From Thermomonas sp. (GTDB lineage: Bacteria > Pseudomonadota > Gammaproteobacteria > Xanthomonadales > Xanthomonadaceae), in contig NZ_DAOOUM010000001.1 in the NCBI RefSeq assembly GCF_035369645.1, positions 21,491-85,490 of the forward strand: a DNA stretch of 64,000 nucleotides, in the 5' to 3' direction. The translations under genes were made by a program, and so were the position numbers. Positions 19,341 to 29,415 of the stretch are shown here, piece after piece (positions within the stretch are counted from its first letter, which is position 1; each line of letters opens with the position of its first letter). The notes below the pieces were generated by a model. The model was not told the DNA's origin, did not search any database, and worked only from the letters and a program-made list of their open reading frames with translations.

Positions 19341-21590
19341 TTGAAATTGCACGCCCTCACCGCCGCCCTGTTGCTATGCCCTGCATTCGCGCAAGCGCAG
19401 CAAACCACATCACCCGTCCGCCCCGACTTGACGGTGAACAACAACCGCATTCCGTTGCTGCAAGGCGATATCCAGATCGACGGCAAACTGGACGATGCCG
19501 CATGGCAGGGCGCGTTGGTGCAAGAGATCGCCTATGAAATCCAACCCGGTGACAACTCCCCGGCACCGGTCAAGACCACAGTACGCATGGGGTATACCGC
19601 CGATGCGTTGTATGTGGCGTTTCATGCGCAAGATCCTGACCCGACAAAAATCCGCGCGCACCTAAGTGACCGCGACACCGCATTCAATGACGATTGGGTG
19701 GGCATCTTCCTTGACACGTTCAATGATCATCGGCGCGGCTACGAATTGGTGGTCAATCCGCTCGGCGTGCAAGCGGATCTGATTCGCGATGAAACCAATA
19801 CCAACAATCAAGAAGACCCGAGTTGGGATGGGGTGTGGCAAAGCGCCGGCCGGCGCACGGCCGATGGCTATGACGTGGAAGTTCGCGTCCCATTTTCCAC
19901 CTTGCGCTTTCCCACCGGTGACGGTGATCAGCACTGGGGTATTTCCTTGTTTCGTAACTGGCCGCGCGATAAACGCCATCAGTTGACTAGCCATAAAGTG
20001 CCGCGCGACTCCAAGTGTTTCCAATGCGAGTGGGGGAAGTACCAAGGCATGGCGGGTGCACGGCAAGGCCGCAATCTGGAAATCGTGCCGACTCTGACCG
20101 TTGGCAAAACCCAAACCCGCGATGCTGCGGGAGCGCCATGGGCCAGCGAGAAAACCCGCATCGAACCCGGCGTGGATATGAGTTGGGCACCGTCACCGGC
20201 AATGACCTTGAACGCCACCATCAATCCGGATTTTTCGCAGGTGGAAACCGACCAGCTGCAGCTCAATTTCAATGATGGGTTTGCTTTGTTCTATCAAGAA
20301 AAACGCCCGTTCTTTTTGGAAGGTGCGGACTATTTCAGCAGCCAGTTCAACGTGCTGTACACCCGCCAAATTGCCGACCCGGATTTTGGTCTACGCATTA
20401 CCGGCCGCACTGGTAGCGGTGCGTATGGTGCCATCGTGGCACGCGATGCCACCACCTTGCTATTGGTGCCGGGCGTGCAAGGGTCCGGGTTTGCGAAACT
20501 CGACCAAAAAGCCAATGTGGTGGTGGGCCGCTATCGGCAAGACTTCACCCAGCAGCTCAGTGTGGGGGTGATTGGTACTTTCCGCAGCGGCGAGGACTAT
20601 CGCAATGACGTGGCGGGTGTGGATGTGCGCTGGCAACAAGGCGGGCATACCGCCACTGCGCAGGTTTTGCATAGCCAGTCCCAGTATCCAGCCAACATTG
20701 TGAATCGCTATCAGGACGAGCTGGGCAGCGATGCCGCGCCCTCCGGCAATGCGTGGCGGGCGGAGTATGCGTACAGCAATCGCCACTGGAATATGGATGT
20801 TTGGCACATGGCGATCAGTCCGGGGTTCCGCGCGGATCTGGGTTTCATTGGCCAAGTGGGGTATGAAAAATCATTGCTCGGCGGTGGCCGCAGCTGGTAT
20901 CGCGATGACAAGGCCTTCAACCGCATCAATGTGCATGCGGATTTCGACATCACCCATCGCTTTGATGGGCAATTGTTGGAGCGTGAATTGGAGGGCCAAG
21001 TCAATGCGCAGGGGCCGATGCAAAGTGGTCTGACCTTGCATGGGCTGACCCGGACGCGGTTCTGGAAAGGGAAGTTGTTTGATGAGCATTACGTCGATTT
21101 CAACGGCAATTTCCGTCCGCTTGGCAATGTTCAAGTGGGTGGCTATCTGCAAGTGGGGCGGATGCTGGACTTAGCGGCAGATACCACCGGCCGACGCACC
21201 ATGATCGAGGTTTTTGGTAATGCCAATCTTGGCTTGGGCGTGGCGTTGAATTGGGATGTACTGCGCCAGCGCATGCAACGCGACGGCGGTACCGCATTCA
21301 CGGCAACGGTGTTGAATGCGGGCGGCAGCTGGCAATTTGATCCACGCCAGCGCCTGCGCTTGACCTTGCAGGGCAGCCAGGTGGAGCGCAATCAAGCCTT
21401 GTATGCCGATACCGTCAAGCAACGCGCACGCGATTGGGCGGCGCAAGTGGTGTATTCGTACAAGCTCAATCCACGCACGGCGTTGTATGCCGGGGCCTCG
21501 TATGGTGCGTTCATGGACGATGACCACCCCGAACTGTTCGGCAACACCCGCAGCGTGTTCTTGAAGCTGAGTTACGGCTGGCAGCCGTAA
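19341..21590 (+). CDS. Exported protein with CBM9-like sugar-binding domain and DUF5916-like beta-barrel C-terminus
   Basis: TTG start after GGAG; signal peptide; IQIDGKLDDAAW, YTADALYVAF, NPDFSQVETD, EKRPFFLEG; ends SVFLKLSYGWQP. Confidence 0.75.
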   Translation: MKLHALTAALLLCPAFAQAQQTTSPVRPDLTVNNNRIPLLQGDIQIDGKLDDAAWQGALVQEIAYEIQPGDNSPAPVKTTVRMGYTADALYVAFHAQDPDPTKIRAHLSDRDTAFNDDWVGIFLDTFNDHRRGYELVVNPLGVQADLIRDETNTNNQEDPSWDGVWQSAGRRTADGYDVEVRVPFSTLRFPTGDGDQHWGISLFRNWPRDKRHQLTSHKVPRDSKCFQCEWGKYQGMAGARQGRNLEIVPTLTVGKTQTRDAAGAPWASEKTRIEPGVDMSWAPSPAMTLNATINPDFSQVETDQLQLNFNDGFALFYQEKRPFFLEGADYFSSQFNVLYTRQIADPDFGLRITGRTGSGAYGAIVARDATTLLLVPGVQGSGFAKLDQKANVVVGRYRQDFTQQLSVGVIGTFRSGEDYRNDVAGVDVRWQQGGHTATAQVLHSQSQYPANIVNRYQDELGSDAAPSGNAWRAEYAYSNRHWNMDVWHMAISPGFRADLGFIGQVGYEKSLLGGGRSWYRDDKAFNRINVHADFDITHRFDGQLLERELEGQVNAQGPMQSGLTLHGLTRTRFWKGKLFDEHYVDFNGNFRPLGNVQVGGYLQVGRMLDLAADTTGRRTMIEVFGNANLGLGVALNWDVLRQRMQRDGGTAFTATVLNAGGSWQFDPRQRLRLTLQGSQVERNQALYADTVKQRARDWAAQVVYSYKLNPRTALYAGASYGAFMDDDHPELFGNTRSVFLKLSYGWQP

Positions 21591-21614
21591 TGCGATGGGT
21601 CAGCCAGCGCCGTA

Positions 21615-22445
21615 TCAGCCCAGTTTCGACAGCCGCAACTGGAACAGCACCTTGGTCACCAACAAGCGCTCTTCGATGGGCTTGAGGACCAGATCGTTGG
21701 CACCTTCGCGCAACAGCGCGGCCTGGTTGTCGCGGTTATCGTCGCCGGTCATCATCACCATCGGCAATTTGCGCTTGCCGTAGCGGAACGCGGCGCGGAT
21801 TTGGTTGAGCAGGTCGCGGCCGCTGAGTGCGCCCTTCAGATAAACATCGCTGAGGATCAAGTCGGCACCCACGTCGCCATCACTACGGCCCAAGTAGCGG
21901 TGCAGATGATCGAGCGCTTCTTCCACGCTGACCACATGCAGCACTTGTAGGGATTGGCGCTCCAGCATGCGCTTGGTGGCCACCGCCACCACGCGACTGT
22001 CTTCCACATACAACACCCGCGCACCTTCAACCGGGGCCGGGTGGACATAGCCGCGAATGAATGCCGCCAGCGCTTCTTGACCGAGGGATTTGTCGAAGTA
22101 GTCCGTGACGTCCTCGGTGAAGGCGCGGGTTTCCAGGGTTTCCTGCGCATTGCCGGACACCACGATCACCGGCACATAGGCTTGTCCGGCGGCTTCGCGC
22201 ACCACCCGCGCCAAGGCCAGACCGTCACCATCGGGCAGCACCAGGGCGGTGGTCACCAAGTCCACGCTGCCTTCGGCCAGTGCCGCACGGGCTTCGGTCA
22301 GGCCGGCGCAGCCCACCACATCGGCGCTGGGCAAGGCTTTGCGTAAGGTGTCGCCAATCAATTTGCGCACCAATTTACTGCCATCGACCACCATCACCCG
22401 GGGGGCGTCGCTGACAACATGCCGCAAGTCGTGTTTGTCTGCCAT
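21615..22445 (-). CDS. Tandem receiver (REC-REC) response regulator without output domain
   Basis: REC1 VMVVDGS...DLVTTALVLPDGDG; REC2 VLYVEDS...DLILSDV...MMTG...DLVLKP. Confidence 0.85.
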   Translation of the reverse strand: MADKHDLRHVVSDAPRVMVVDGSKLVRKLIGDTLRKALPSADVVGCAGLTEARAALAEGSVDLVTTALVLPDGDGLALARVVREAAGQAYVPVIVVSGNAQETLETRAFTEDVTDYFDKSLGQEALAAFIRGYVHPAPVEGARVLYVEDSRVVAVATKRMLERQSLQVLHVVSVEEALDHLHRYLGRSDGDVGADLILSDVYLKGALSGRDLLNQIRAAFRYGKRKLPMVMMTGDDNRDNQAALLREGANDLVLKPIEERLLVTKVLFQLRLSKLG

Positions 22446-22447
22446 TC

Positions 22448-23398
22448 TCAAGCCCGCCTTGGCCGGTGTTGTCGCAACTGGTGACCGGTCACCAGACCAG
22501 CACCCAACCAGCCTAACAGGCCCGCCGTTACCAGAACGGCCAGAGTGGTCAGTGGGTCTAGCCCTTGCAGGACGAAATGGCTGTCATAGCGGCTGGCCAA
22601 GGTTGCCAGCGGTTGCTGCAGTGCCCATTGCGCTAGGGTCAGGATGGCCAGTGCCAAACCGCCTGCGGCCAGCCCGTACCACGCGCCCAAATACAAAAAT
22701 GGACGGCGCACAAAGCCATCGCTGGCACCCAGTAATTGCAGCACACCGATCTCCTCACGCCGCGACTGGATATCCAGCCGCACGGTATTGCCCACCACCA
22801 GCAATGCGCCCAGCCCCAACAGGGCCGCCAGCACTTGCACGCCACGCAAGGCAAACGCCAGCCAGGCCTGCAAACGGTCGCGCCATTGGGTATCAAATTG
22901 CACGCGGTCGGTTTCGGGCAGTGCTTTGGCCGCGTCCACCAACGCGGTGGCATCGTCGCGTGGGGTCAAGCGCAACACCGGGGGCAGCGCTGCCTGCGCG
23001 GCGTCTGCTCCCAGAATGTCGATGGCGGCGGCCAAATCGTCACGCGCGCGCATGTCTGCCAGCGCTTGCGCAGGGCTGATCACGGCCACGGCGGCCACGT
23101 CGGCACGTTGTTGTAGCGTGTGCGCTAGGGCTTGGGTGCGTGCGGCGTCGGTACCGGGTTTCAGGTACAGCGTTACCTCATGACTGGTCTGCACCTGCCC
23201 GCCCAGGCTGACCATGTTGTGCAGCACCAGCCACAGTCCCAGCGGCAAGGCCAGCGCCAGCGCCATCACCGCAATCGTCAATGCGCTGGCCCATGGCGTG
23301 CGCAAGATGCGCTTCAAGCTGGCGGTCAGGCTGTCGCCGTGATGGGCCAGCCACGCACGCGCACGGTGGGCGTGGGTGCTGCGACTGCGTTCATTCAT
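22448..23398 (-). CDS. ftsX: Cell division ABC permease FtsX
   Basis: ALALPLGL TM, VISPAQAL, VVGNTVRLDIQSRREEIGVLQLLGASDGFVRRPFLYLG. Confidence 0.93.
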   Translation of the reverse strand: MNERSRSTHAHRARAWLAHHGDSLTASLKRILRTPWASALTIAVMALALALPLGLWLVLHNMVSLGGQVQTSHEVTLYLKPGTDAARTQALAHTLQQRADVAAVAVISPAQALADMRARDDLAAAIDILGADAAQAALPPVLRLTPRDDATALVDAAKALPETDRVQFDTQWRDRLQAWLAFALRGVQVLAALLGLGALLVVGNTVRLDIQSRREEIGVLQLLGASDGFVRRPFLYLGAWYGLAAGGLALAILTLAQWALQQPLATLASRYDSHFVLQGLDPLTTLAVLVTAGLLGWLGAGLVTGHQLRQHRPRRA

Positions 23399-24080
23399 CG
23401 ACCAGATCCTCCGGCGCGATGTCGTCTTCCAGGCGGCCTTGATCCAGCACCAGCACCCGCTTGCGCATGTGCTTGACCAAGCGCAGGTCGTGGCTGGCGA
23501 CCAGTACGCTGGTGCCCCGCTCGGGCAGCGAGGCGAACAGTGCCATGATTTCCGCTGATAAGCCCGGATCCAAGTTGCCGGTGGGCTCATCGGCGATCAG
23601 CAGGGCCGGTTCGGCCACCACCGCGCGCGCGATGCCCACCCGTTGCTGCTCGCCGGCAGACAGTTGCGAAGGCAGGGCGCGTTCGCGTGCCGCTAGCCCC
23701 AGTTTGTCGAGGATCGAACGCACCCGTTTGCCAATCTCGGCGCGCTGCATCCCGCGCAGCACCAGTGGCAGCGCCACGTTCTCGGCCACGCTGCGATCCA
23801 TCAGCAATTGGTGGTTTTGATACACCACGCCCAGTTGCCGGCGGTGCCCGGCAATCCCGCTGCCACGCACCCGGGCAAGGTTGCGCTCGTCAAACAACAC
23901 CGTGCCATGGCTGGGGCGCTCGGCCAACTGAATCAATTTCAGCAATGTGCTTTTGCCTGCACCCGAATGCCCAGTGACGAACAGCATTTCACCGGCATCC
24001 ACGGCAAAGCTCACCTCGGCCAACGCCGTGTGGCCGCCGGGATAGGTTTTGCTGACATTATCAAGGCGCAGAACCGGCAT
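23391..24080 (-). CDS. ftsE: Cell division ATP-binding protein FtsE
   Basis: TGHSGAGKSTLLKL, LSAGEQQRVGIARA, IADEPTGNLD; adjacent to ftsX. Confidence 0.94.
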   Translation of the reverse strand: MPVLRLDNVSKTYPGGHTALAEVSFAVDAGEMLFVTGHSGAGKSTLLKLIQLAERPSHGTVLFDERNLARVRGSGIAGHRRQLGVVYQNHQLLMDRSVAENVALPLVLRGMQRAEIGKRVRSILDKLGLAARERALPSQLSAGEQQRVGIARAVVAEPALLIADEPTGNLDPGLSAEIMALFASLPERGTSVLVASHDLRLVKHMRKRVLVLDQGRLEDDIAPEDLVDE

Positions 24081-24276
24081 GGTGACGATGTGCTTGGGGG
24101 AGTGGCGAAGGTTTAGCAGTATCGCTGGTTAGTATCGCCGGTTGCCGGCGGAACGGCTAGCGCCGGCAATCGGCAACGGTGGCGCGCAGGTGTCCGGCAT
24201 TGCGCCGCAAGTGCGTTGAATGACGTGCCGCAATGCGCACCACGCGCAGCACGAATACTCACAACAGGACGCCACA

Positions 24277-25023
24277 ATGCAGGGTGCAACATTACAGTTA
24301 GGTAGCCAAGGTCCCAGTGTTTCGCAACTCCAGTCAAGGCTCAATGTGGTGCTGGCTGGGTTGCCGCGACTAACGGTCGATGGTCGGTTTGGGATGAAAA
24401 CCCAGCAAGCGGTTTGTGCATTCCAGCAGCGCATGGGGCTGGCGGTGACCGGTGTGGTTGATCAAAAAACAGCGGCAATACTGGGGGTGTCACTGGCGGG
24501 CTCTGCTGCGGGGCCGGCAGCGCCCGGCGCGCCGGTGCCAGCCGCTGGCGGGGCGGTCGATTTGTCGCTATACGGCGTTGTGGCCGATGCGGTCATCGAA
24601 GGATTCAAGTTGGTGGTGTCGCCGGTGTTGGTGATGACCGGCCCAGCGTCTGCATTGCCGCGTGCTGTCGTTGGCCAAATCCATGAAATGGTCAACGCCG
24701 CATTCCATGCGTTTGTGGCGGGGGTGCGGAGTGTGGTGAAGATGACCGTTCAGGTGGGGCAAAGTGCGGCAGGAATGTTCGTTCAACAGCTGCGCGCTAT
24801 TTTTGGGCAAGCAGTGACGGCGATCAAATTTGCGCTGCAACGGCTGGCGGCCATTCCTGCGGTTGCCGCGCACGTCGTCGCCCAGTTTCAGCGTGCCATT
24901 GCGGGCTGCATGGCGGTGGTCGAGTCCGCAGTGGCGCAGCTGCGCGATACCGCACAGTCTGCGAAAGACGTGGCCAGGCAAATCGCCATTGGGCTTGCCG
25001 CCAATGCGCGCGGGATTGGCTGA
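24277..25023 (+). CDS. Peptidoglycan-binding (PG_binding_1) domain protein with Ala/Val/Gln-rich helical C-terminus
   Basis: ATG after AGGA; TLQLGSQGPSVSQLQSRLN...LTVDGRFGMKTQQAVCAFQQRMGLAVTGVVDQKT is a PG_binding_1 pattern. The rest is unrecognised. Confidence 0.8.
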   Translation: MQGATLQLGSQGPSVSQLQSRLNVVLAGLPRLTVDGRFGMKTQQAVCAFQQRMGLAVTGVVDQKTAAILGVSLAGSAAGPAAPGAPVPAAGGAVDLSLYGVVADAVIEGFKLVVSPVLVMTGPASALPRAVVGQIHEMVNAAFHAFVAGVRSVVKMTVQVGQSAAGMFVQQLRAIFGQAVTAIKFALQRLAAIPAVAAHVVAQFQRAIAGCMAVVESAVAQLRDTAQSAKDVARQIAIGLAANARGIG

Positions 25024-25036
25024 GCACACATCGCCA

Positions 25037-25065
25037 CAGAACCCCTGCGTTGCAGCGGGGTTCTG
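25037..25065. terminator. Hairpin between the convergent PG-binding gene and rhlB
   Basis: CAGAACCCC...GGGGTTCTG stem. Confidence 0.6.
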
Positions 25066-25084
25066 CAATGCCGCGTACTAGGCT

Positions 25085-26785
25085 TTAGTGCTGCTTGTTG
25101 GGTGAGCGCGTCACCAGCGACTTCAAGCCACGGCCGATACGCACCAGCAGCGAGGGGGGCTCGGCGGCGGCAGGGGTTGCGGGCTTGGCCGGTACGAAGC
25201 GCGGCTCGGAGGTGGTGGGCTGCGCTGTCGCGCTGGTGTCACTGCCCGCGTCCAACGGCCGCCCACGCCGCCGGCGACGACGTTTGCGCTCGCCGCGTTC
25301 GCCTTCGGTCTGCGCGCCGTGCGGCATCTCTTGCGGTATCACGTTGGCGTGTGCCCCTGCGGGTGCCGCAGACGCAGTAGTGACCGCTGCGTGGGGCTTG
25401 CGTGGCGGACGTGGCCCACGGCTGTCTGGCCCGTTGCTACGGCGTTCGCTGGGACGGCCACTGCCGCCGCCGCGGCCACCACGGCCGGCATGACCACCGC
25501 CGCGTTTGGCGTCTTCAGCGGCGCGGGCCTCGCGCACTTCCTTGAAAATCTCACCAATGCTGTCGCCGTCTGCACCGGCCTCGGGCTTGGGCCGTTCGGG
25601 GCGCGGCAACGCGGTCATCAGTTCCTGCGTCACCGGCTCGGACGGGATCTTCTGCTCGATATAGGCTTCGATGTCGGGCAGGCTCATCGCGTAGCGTTCA
25701 CAGGCGAAGCTAATGGCGTCGCCTTCTTCACCTAAGCGTGCGGTGCGGCCGATGCGGTGCACATAGTCTTCGGCATCAAACGGCAAGTCGTAGTTGTATA
25801 CATATTTGATGCCGTCGATATGCAGGCCGCGCGCGGCCACGTCGGTGGCCACCAAGATTTCCAGTTGGCCGGCCTGGAATTTTTTCAGCAGTGATTCGCG
25901 CTTTTTCTGCGGCACATCGCCGGACAGCACGCCGACGCGGTAGCCGGCTTTTTCCAGCGCGCGTGCCACGCGCTCGACGAACGCTTTGGTGTTGACGAAC
26001 ACCATCGTGCGTGCGCCCTCGCTGCGTGACAGCAGGCCCAGCAGCAGCGGCAGTTTTTCTTCGTCGGCCGGGTAATACAGCTTCTGGCGCACGCGTGCGG
26101 CGGTGATGTGCTCGGTTTCCACGACGAGTTTTTGCGGCTCGTTCATGTGCTCGTAGGCCAGCTCCAGCACACGGTGGCTGAGGGTGGCCGAGAACAGCAG
26201 GGTCTGGCGGGTGCCGCGCTCGGGCATGCGCCGCAGCAAGAAGCGAATGTCCTTGATGAAGCCCAGATCAAACATGCGGTCGGCCTCGTCCAGCACGCAC
26301 ACCTCGCAGGCGTGCAGACTGACCACCTTGTGCTGCTTGACGTAGTCGATTAGGCGGCCGGGGGTGGCGATGATCACATCAGCGCCGGCCTGCAGCAGCT
26401 CACGCTGCTTGTCGTAGTCCACGCCGCCATAGACCAGTGCAAATTTCAGGCCAAGGTCGGAGGCGAATTTCACCGCGTCCTTGTGGATCTGGATGGCCAG
26501 CTCGCGGGTGGGGGCCAAAATCAGTGCACGTGGGTCTTCGGGTTTACGGTCGGCCAGCGCCGGGCGGGTCAACAGGCGGTTGATGACCGCGACCAGAAAG
26601 GCCAAGGTCTTGCCGGTGCCGGTTTGCGCTTGCCCGGCCACATCGCCACCGGGCAACGCCACCGGCAGGGTCATGGCTTGAATCGGCGTGCAGCGGGTAA
26701 AGCCTGCGGCCTCCAACCCGGCCAGTAGCGACGGGTGCAGGTCGAAGGTGGAAAAGGTGATGTCGGTCAGGGGTTTATCGGACAC
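25085..26785 (-). CDS. rhlB: DEAD-box RNA helicase RhlB with long disordered C-terminal tail
   Basis: Q motif (GFTRCTPIQ), [29 protein letters not shown]; upstream of and divergent from trxA. GTG start ([11 protein letters not shown]). Confidence 0.95.
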   Translation of the reverse strand: MSDKPLTDITFSTFDLHPSLLAGLEAAGFTRCTPIQAMTLPVALPGGDVAGQAQTGTGKTLAFLVAVINRLLTRPALADRKPEDPRALILAPTRELAIQIHKDAVKFASDLGLKFALVYGGVDYDKQRELLQAGADVIIATPGRLIDYVKQHKVVSLHACEVCVLDEADRMFDLGFIKDIRFLLRRMPERGTRQTLLFSATLSHRVLELAYEHMNEPQKLVVETEHITAARVRQKLYYPADEEKLPLLLGLLSRSEGARTMVFVNTKAFVERVARALEKAGYRVGVLSGDVPQKKRESLLKKFQAGQLEILVATDVAARGLHIDGIKYVYNYDLPFDAEDYVHRIGRTARLGEEGDAISFACERYAMSLPDIEAYIEQKIPSEPVTQELMTALPRPERPKPEAGADGDSIGEIFKEVREARAAEDAKRGGGHAGRGGRGGGSGRPSERRSNGPDSRGPRPPRKPHAAVTTASAAPAGAHANVIPQEMPHGAQTEGERGERKRRRRRRGRPLDAGSDTSATAQPTTSEPRFVPAKPATPAAAEPPSLLVRIGRGLKSLVTRSPNKQH

Positions 26786-27001
26786 GATGCGGCCTTTATG
26801 GTGGCGGTTGCAGCGGGCGCTGGAACGCCGTTTGCACTGTGCCACTTGTCTGAATGGGGGGCAGCCGCGCAGACTGCCGGGAGGATTCCGGGGCTGGTTG
26901 TTCCCGGCACATCGCCTTGACATTGTCTTGAAATGCAAGGCGAACCCCCCAAGTTTAACACCGGTGCGGCATTCCGCCGTGCCTTAGCCATTGGAGCCAT
27001 C

Positions 27002-27328
27002 ATGAGCAATACCGTCCTGCACGCCACCGACGCCGATTTCGATAGCCTGGTGCTGGCTTCCGACCAGCCGGTGCTGGTGGATTTTTGGGCGCCGTGGTGC
27101 GGCCCGTGCAAGATGATTGCGCCGGCGCTGGATCAATTGGCTGCCGATTACGCTGGCAAAGCCAAGATCGTCAAGGTCGATGTGGATCAAAACCAACAAA
27201 CCGCGATGAAATATCACGTGCGTAGCATTCCGATGCTGCTGGTGTTCAAGAACGGCCAAGTGCAGGGCACCCAGATTGGCGCGGTGGGCAAGGCCCAGCT
27301 GGCCCAGCTGATCGACAAGGCGCTTTGA
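27002..27328 (+). CDS. trxA: Thioredoxin
   Basis: VLVDFWAPWCGPCKMIAP, VRSIPMLLVFKNG; rhlB-trxA-rho context. Confidence 0.97.
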   Translation: MSNTVLHATDADFDSLVLASDQPVLVDFWAPWCGPCKMIAPALDQLAADYAGKAKIVKVDVDQNQQTAMKYHVRSIPMLLVFKNGQVQGTQIGAVGKAQLAQLIDKAL

Positions 27329-27425
27329 TGCCGTGTGCCCGGTTCCGTTGACGGAGACGGGCAGGGATACGGGTGCGTCACGCGCCCCGTTCATCCCCAA
27401 AATAAACGTACGGGTCGGCGTGAGC

Positions 27426-27455
27426 TTGCACGCCTGCCCGCAAAGGTGCTAGCGT
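27426..27455 (+). promoter_or_regulatory. Putative sigma70 promoter of rho
   Basis: TTGCAC-N18-TAGCGT with TG immediately 5' of the -10 (TGn extended -10). Confidence 0.4.
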
Positions 27456-27576
27456 TTAGCAAGTCCGGCGCAGATCCATCGCCCTCCCGGCGCGCCACAC
27501 GCCTTCCTTCTGAACCACTCTCAACGATCCCGCCCGCAAGTCTGTGGGCGCTCGCAACGTAAGCGAGGTTTTCCTC

Positions 27577-29307
27577 TTGTCTGATATCACCAACGACGCT
27601 ACTGGCGAAGTCGCCGAAAAGCGCGTGCGCAAACCCCGCGTGGCCAAGGCCCGTAGCCCCGAACAATCCGAAATCGCACTGCCGCAGGCAGCTGTTCCAG
27701 ATGCCGCGCCACCAGTAGCGCCGGCACCGACACCCGCACCCGCACCGACACCTGTTGTCAGCGAGGCGACCACCCATCGTGCAGACAACACCAGCACCAG
27801 CGAAACTGCACCGGCCAGTGGTGAAGTGCAGGGCGGTGGTCAAAACCATGCCGAGGGCCAGCAGTCAGGTGGCCAGCCGCAAGACGGTGGCCAACGGACC
27901 AGCCGTCGCGATCGCTTCAAAAATCGCCGTGACCGCCAGCGCGAGCGTTATCGCGAAGGCGGCATGCAGGACGAAGGCAACGGTGGTGGCAACGGCGAAA
28001 ACTTTGTGCCGCGGCCACACCCGCAGGTGCCAGAGGGCTTCCCCACCTACTCGCTGGGCGACCTCAAGCGCATGCCGGCGTACAAATTGCAGGAAGTGGC
28101 CGAGCAGTTGTCGATCACCGATGGCGTGGCCCGCGCCCGCAAGCAAGACATCATCTTCGCGATTTTGAAAGTGCTGACCCGCCACGGCGAAGGCGTGCAG
28201 GCCGACGGCGTGCTGGAAATCCTGCCGGACGGCTTCGGCTTCCTGCGTGCGGCCGAAGCCAGCTACCTGGCCGGCCCGGACGACACCTACATCTCGCCCT
28301 CGCAGATCCGCCGCTTCAACCTGCGCACCGGCGACCACGTCTCCGGCCGCATCCGCTGGCCGAAGGACGGCGAGCGCTATTTCGCGCTCAACATCGTCGA
28401 CACCATCAACGGCGAGCCGCTGGAAGCGTCGAAGAACAAGACCCTGTTCGAGAACCTCACCCCGCTGTTCCCGCGCAAGCGCTTCAAGCTGGAGCGCGGC
28501 GATGGCAGCTCGGAAGACATCACTGGCCGCATCCTCGATCTGATGGCCCCGCAGGGCAAGGGCCAGCGCGCCCTGATCGTCAGCCCGCCGAAGGCCGGCA
28601 AGACGATGATGATGCAGCAGATCGCCAGCGCGATTACCTACAACCACCCCGACGTGCACCTGATCGTGCTGCTGATCGACGAGCGCCCGGAAGAAGTGAC
28701 CGAAATGCAGCGCACCGTGCGCGGCGAGGTCATCTCCTCCACCTTCGACGAACCGGCCGCGCGCCATGTGCAGGTGGCGGAAATGGTGATCGAGCGCGCC
28801 AAGCGTCTGGTCGAACACAAGAAGGACGTGGTGATCCTGCTCGACTCGATCACCCGCCTCGCCCGCGCCTACAACAACGTCATGCCGAGCAGCGGCAAGG
28901 TGCTGACCGGCGGCGTGGACTCCAACGCGATGCACCGCCCGAAGCGCTTCTTCGGCGCGGCCCGCAACGTCGAGGAAGGCGGCAGCCTGACCATCATTGC
29001 GACGGCGCTGGTCGATACCGGCAGCGCGATGGACAAGGTGATCTACGAGGAGTTCAAGGGCACCGGCAACAGCGAAGTGCACCTGGATCGCCGCATCACT
29101 GAGAAGCGCGTCTATCCGGCGATCGGCGTGAACCTCTCCGGTACCCGCCGCGAGGATTTGTTGATCGAACCCGACCTGCTGCAGAAAATTTGGATCCTGC
29201 GCAAGCTGCTGCACCCGATGGACGAAATCGCAGCGATGGAGTTCCTGCTCGACAAGATGAAGAACACCAAGTCCAACGACGAGTTCTTTGGGTCGATGAA
29301 ACGCTGA
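27577..29307 (+). CDS. rho: Transcription termination factor Rho with N-terminal low-complexity extension
   Basis: [71 protein letters not shown] start after GAGG inferred. Confidence 0.97.
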   Translation: MSDITNDATGEVAEKRVRKPRVAKARSPEQSEIALPQAAVPDAAPPVAPAPTPAPAPTPVVSEATTHRADNTSTSETAPASGEVQGGGQNHAEGQQSGGQPQDGGQRTSRRDRFKNRRDRQRERYREGGMQDEGNGGGNGENFVPRPHPQVPEGFPTYSLGDLKRMPAYKLQEVAEQLSITDGVARARKQDIIFAILKVLTRHGEGVQADGVLEILPDGFGFLRAAEASYLAGPDDTYISPSQIRRFNLRTGDHVSGRIRWPKDGERYFALNIVDTINGEPLEASKNKTLFENLTPLFPRKRFKLERGDGSSEDITGRILDLMAPQGKGQRALIVSPPKAGKTMMMQQIASAITYNHPDVHLIVLLIDERPEEVTEMQRTVRGEVISSTFDEPAARHVQVAEMVIERAKRLVEHKKDVVILLDSITRLARAYNNVMPSSGKVLTGGVDSNAMHRPKRFFGAARNVEEGGSLTIIATALVDTGSAMDKVIYEEFKGTGNSEVHLDRRITEKRVYPAIGVNLSGTRREDLLIEPDLLQKIWILRKLLHPMDEIAAMEFLLDKMKNTKSNDEFFGSMKR

Positions 29308-29327
29308 TTGCCGCGTTTGCCCATTGT

Positions 29328-29361
29328 TTGGCGTGCATGTTTTGTCTGACATGCACGCCAA
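29328..29361 (+). terminator. Hairpin downstream of rho
   Basis: TTGGCGTGCATGT-N8-ACATGCACGCCAA, perfect 13-bp stem. Confidence 0.65.
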
Positions 29362-29415
29362 CAACCTGAACGGGGCGTTCCAATCTGGCTTGCCTCGCGT
29401 GCTACCCTCGCGCCG

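Noticed and set aside
28030-29300. Strongly C-ending codon usage in the rho core (also rpoH and rhlB) as horizontal transfer
   Set aside because: More simply explained by high-expression codon bias in conserved housekeeping genes; not quantified.
27865-29364. 499-aa minus-strand ORF over rho, and similar long antisense ORFs (10375-11712, 30543-31742, 50844-52548, 54751-55968, 61993-63864)
   Set aside because: They mirror well-supported genes on the opposite strand; stop-codon depletion from codon bias explains them.
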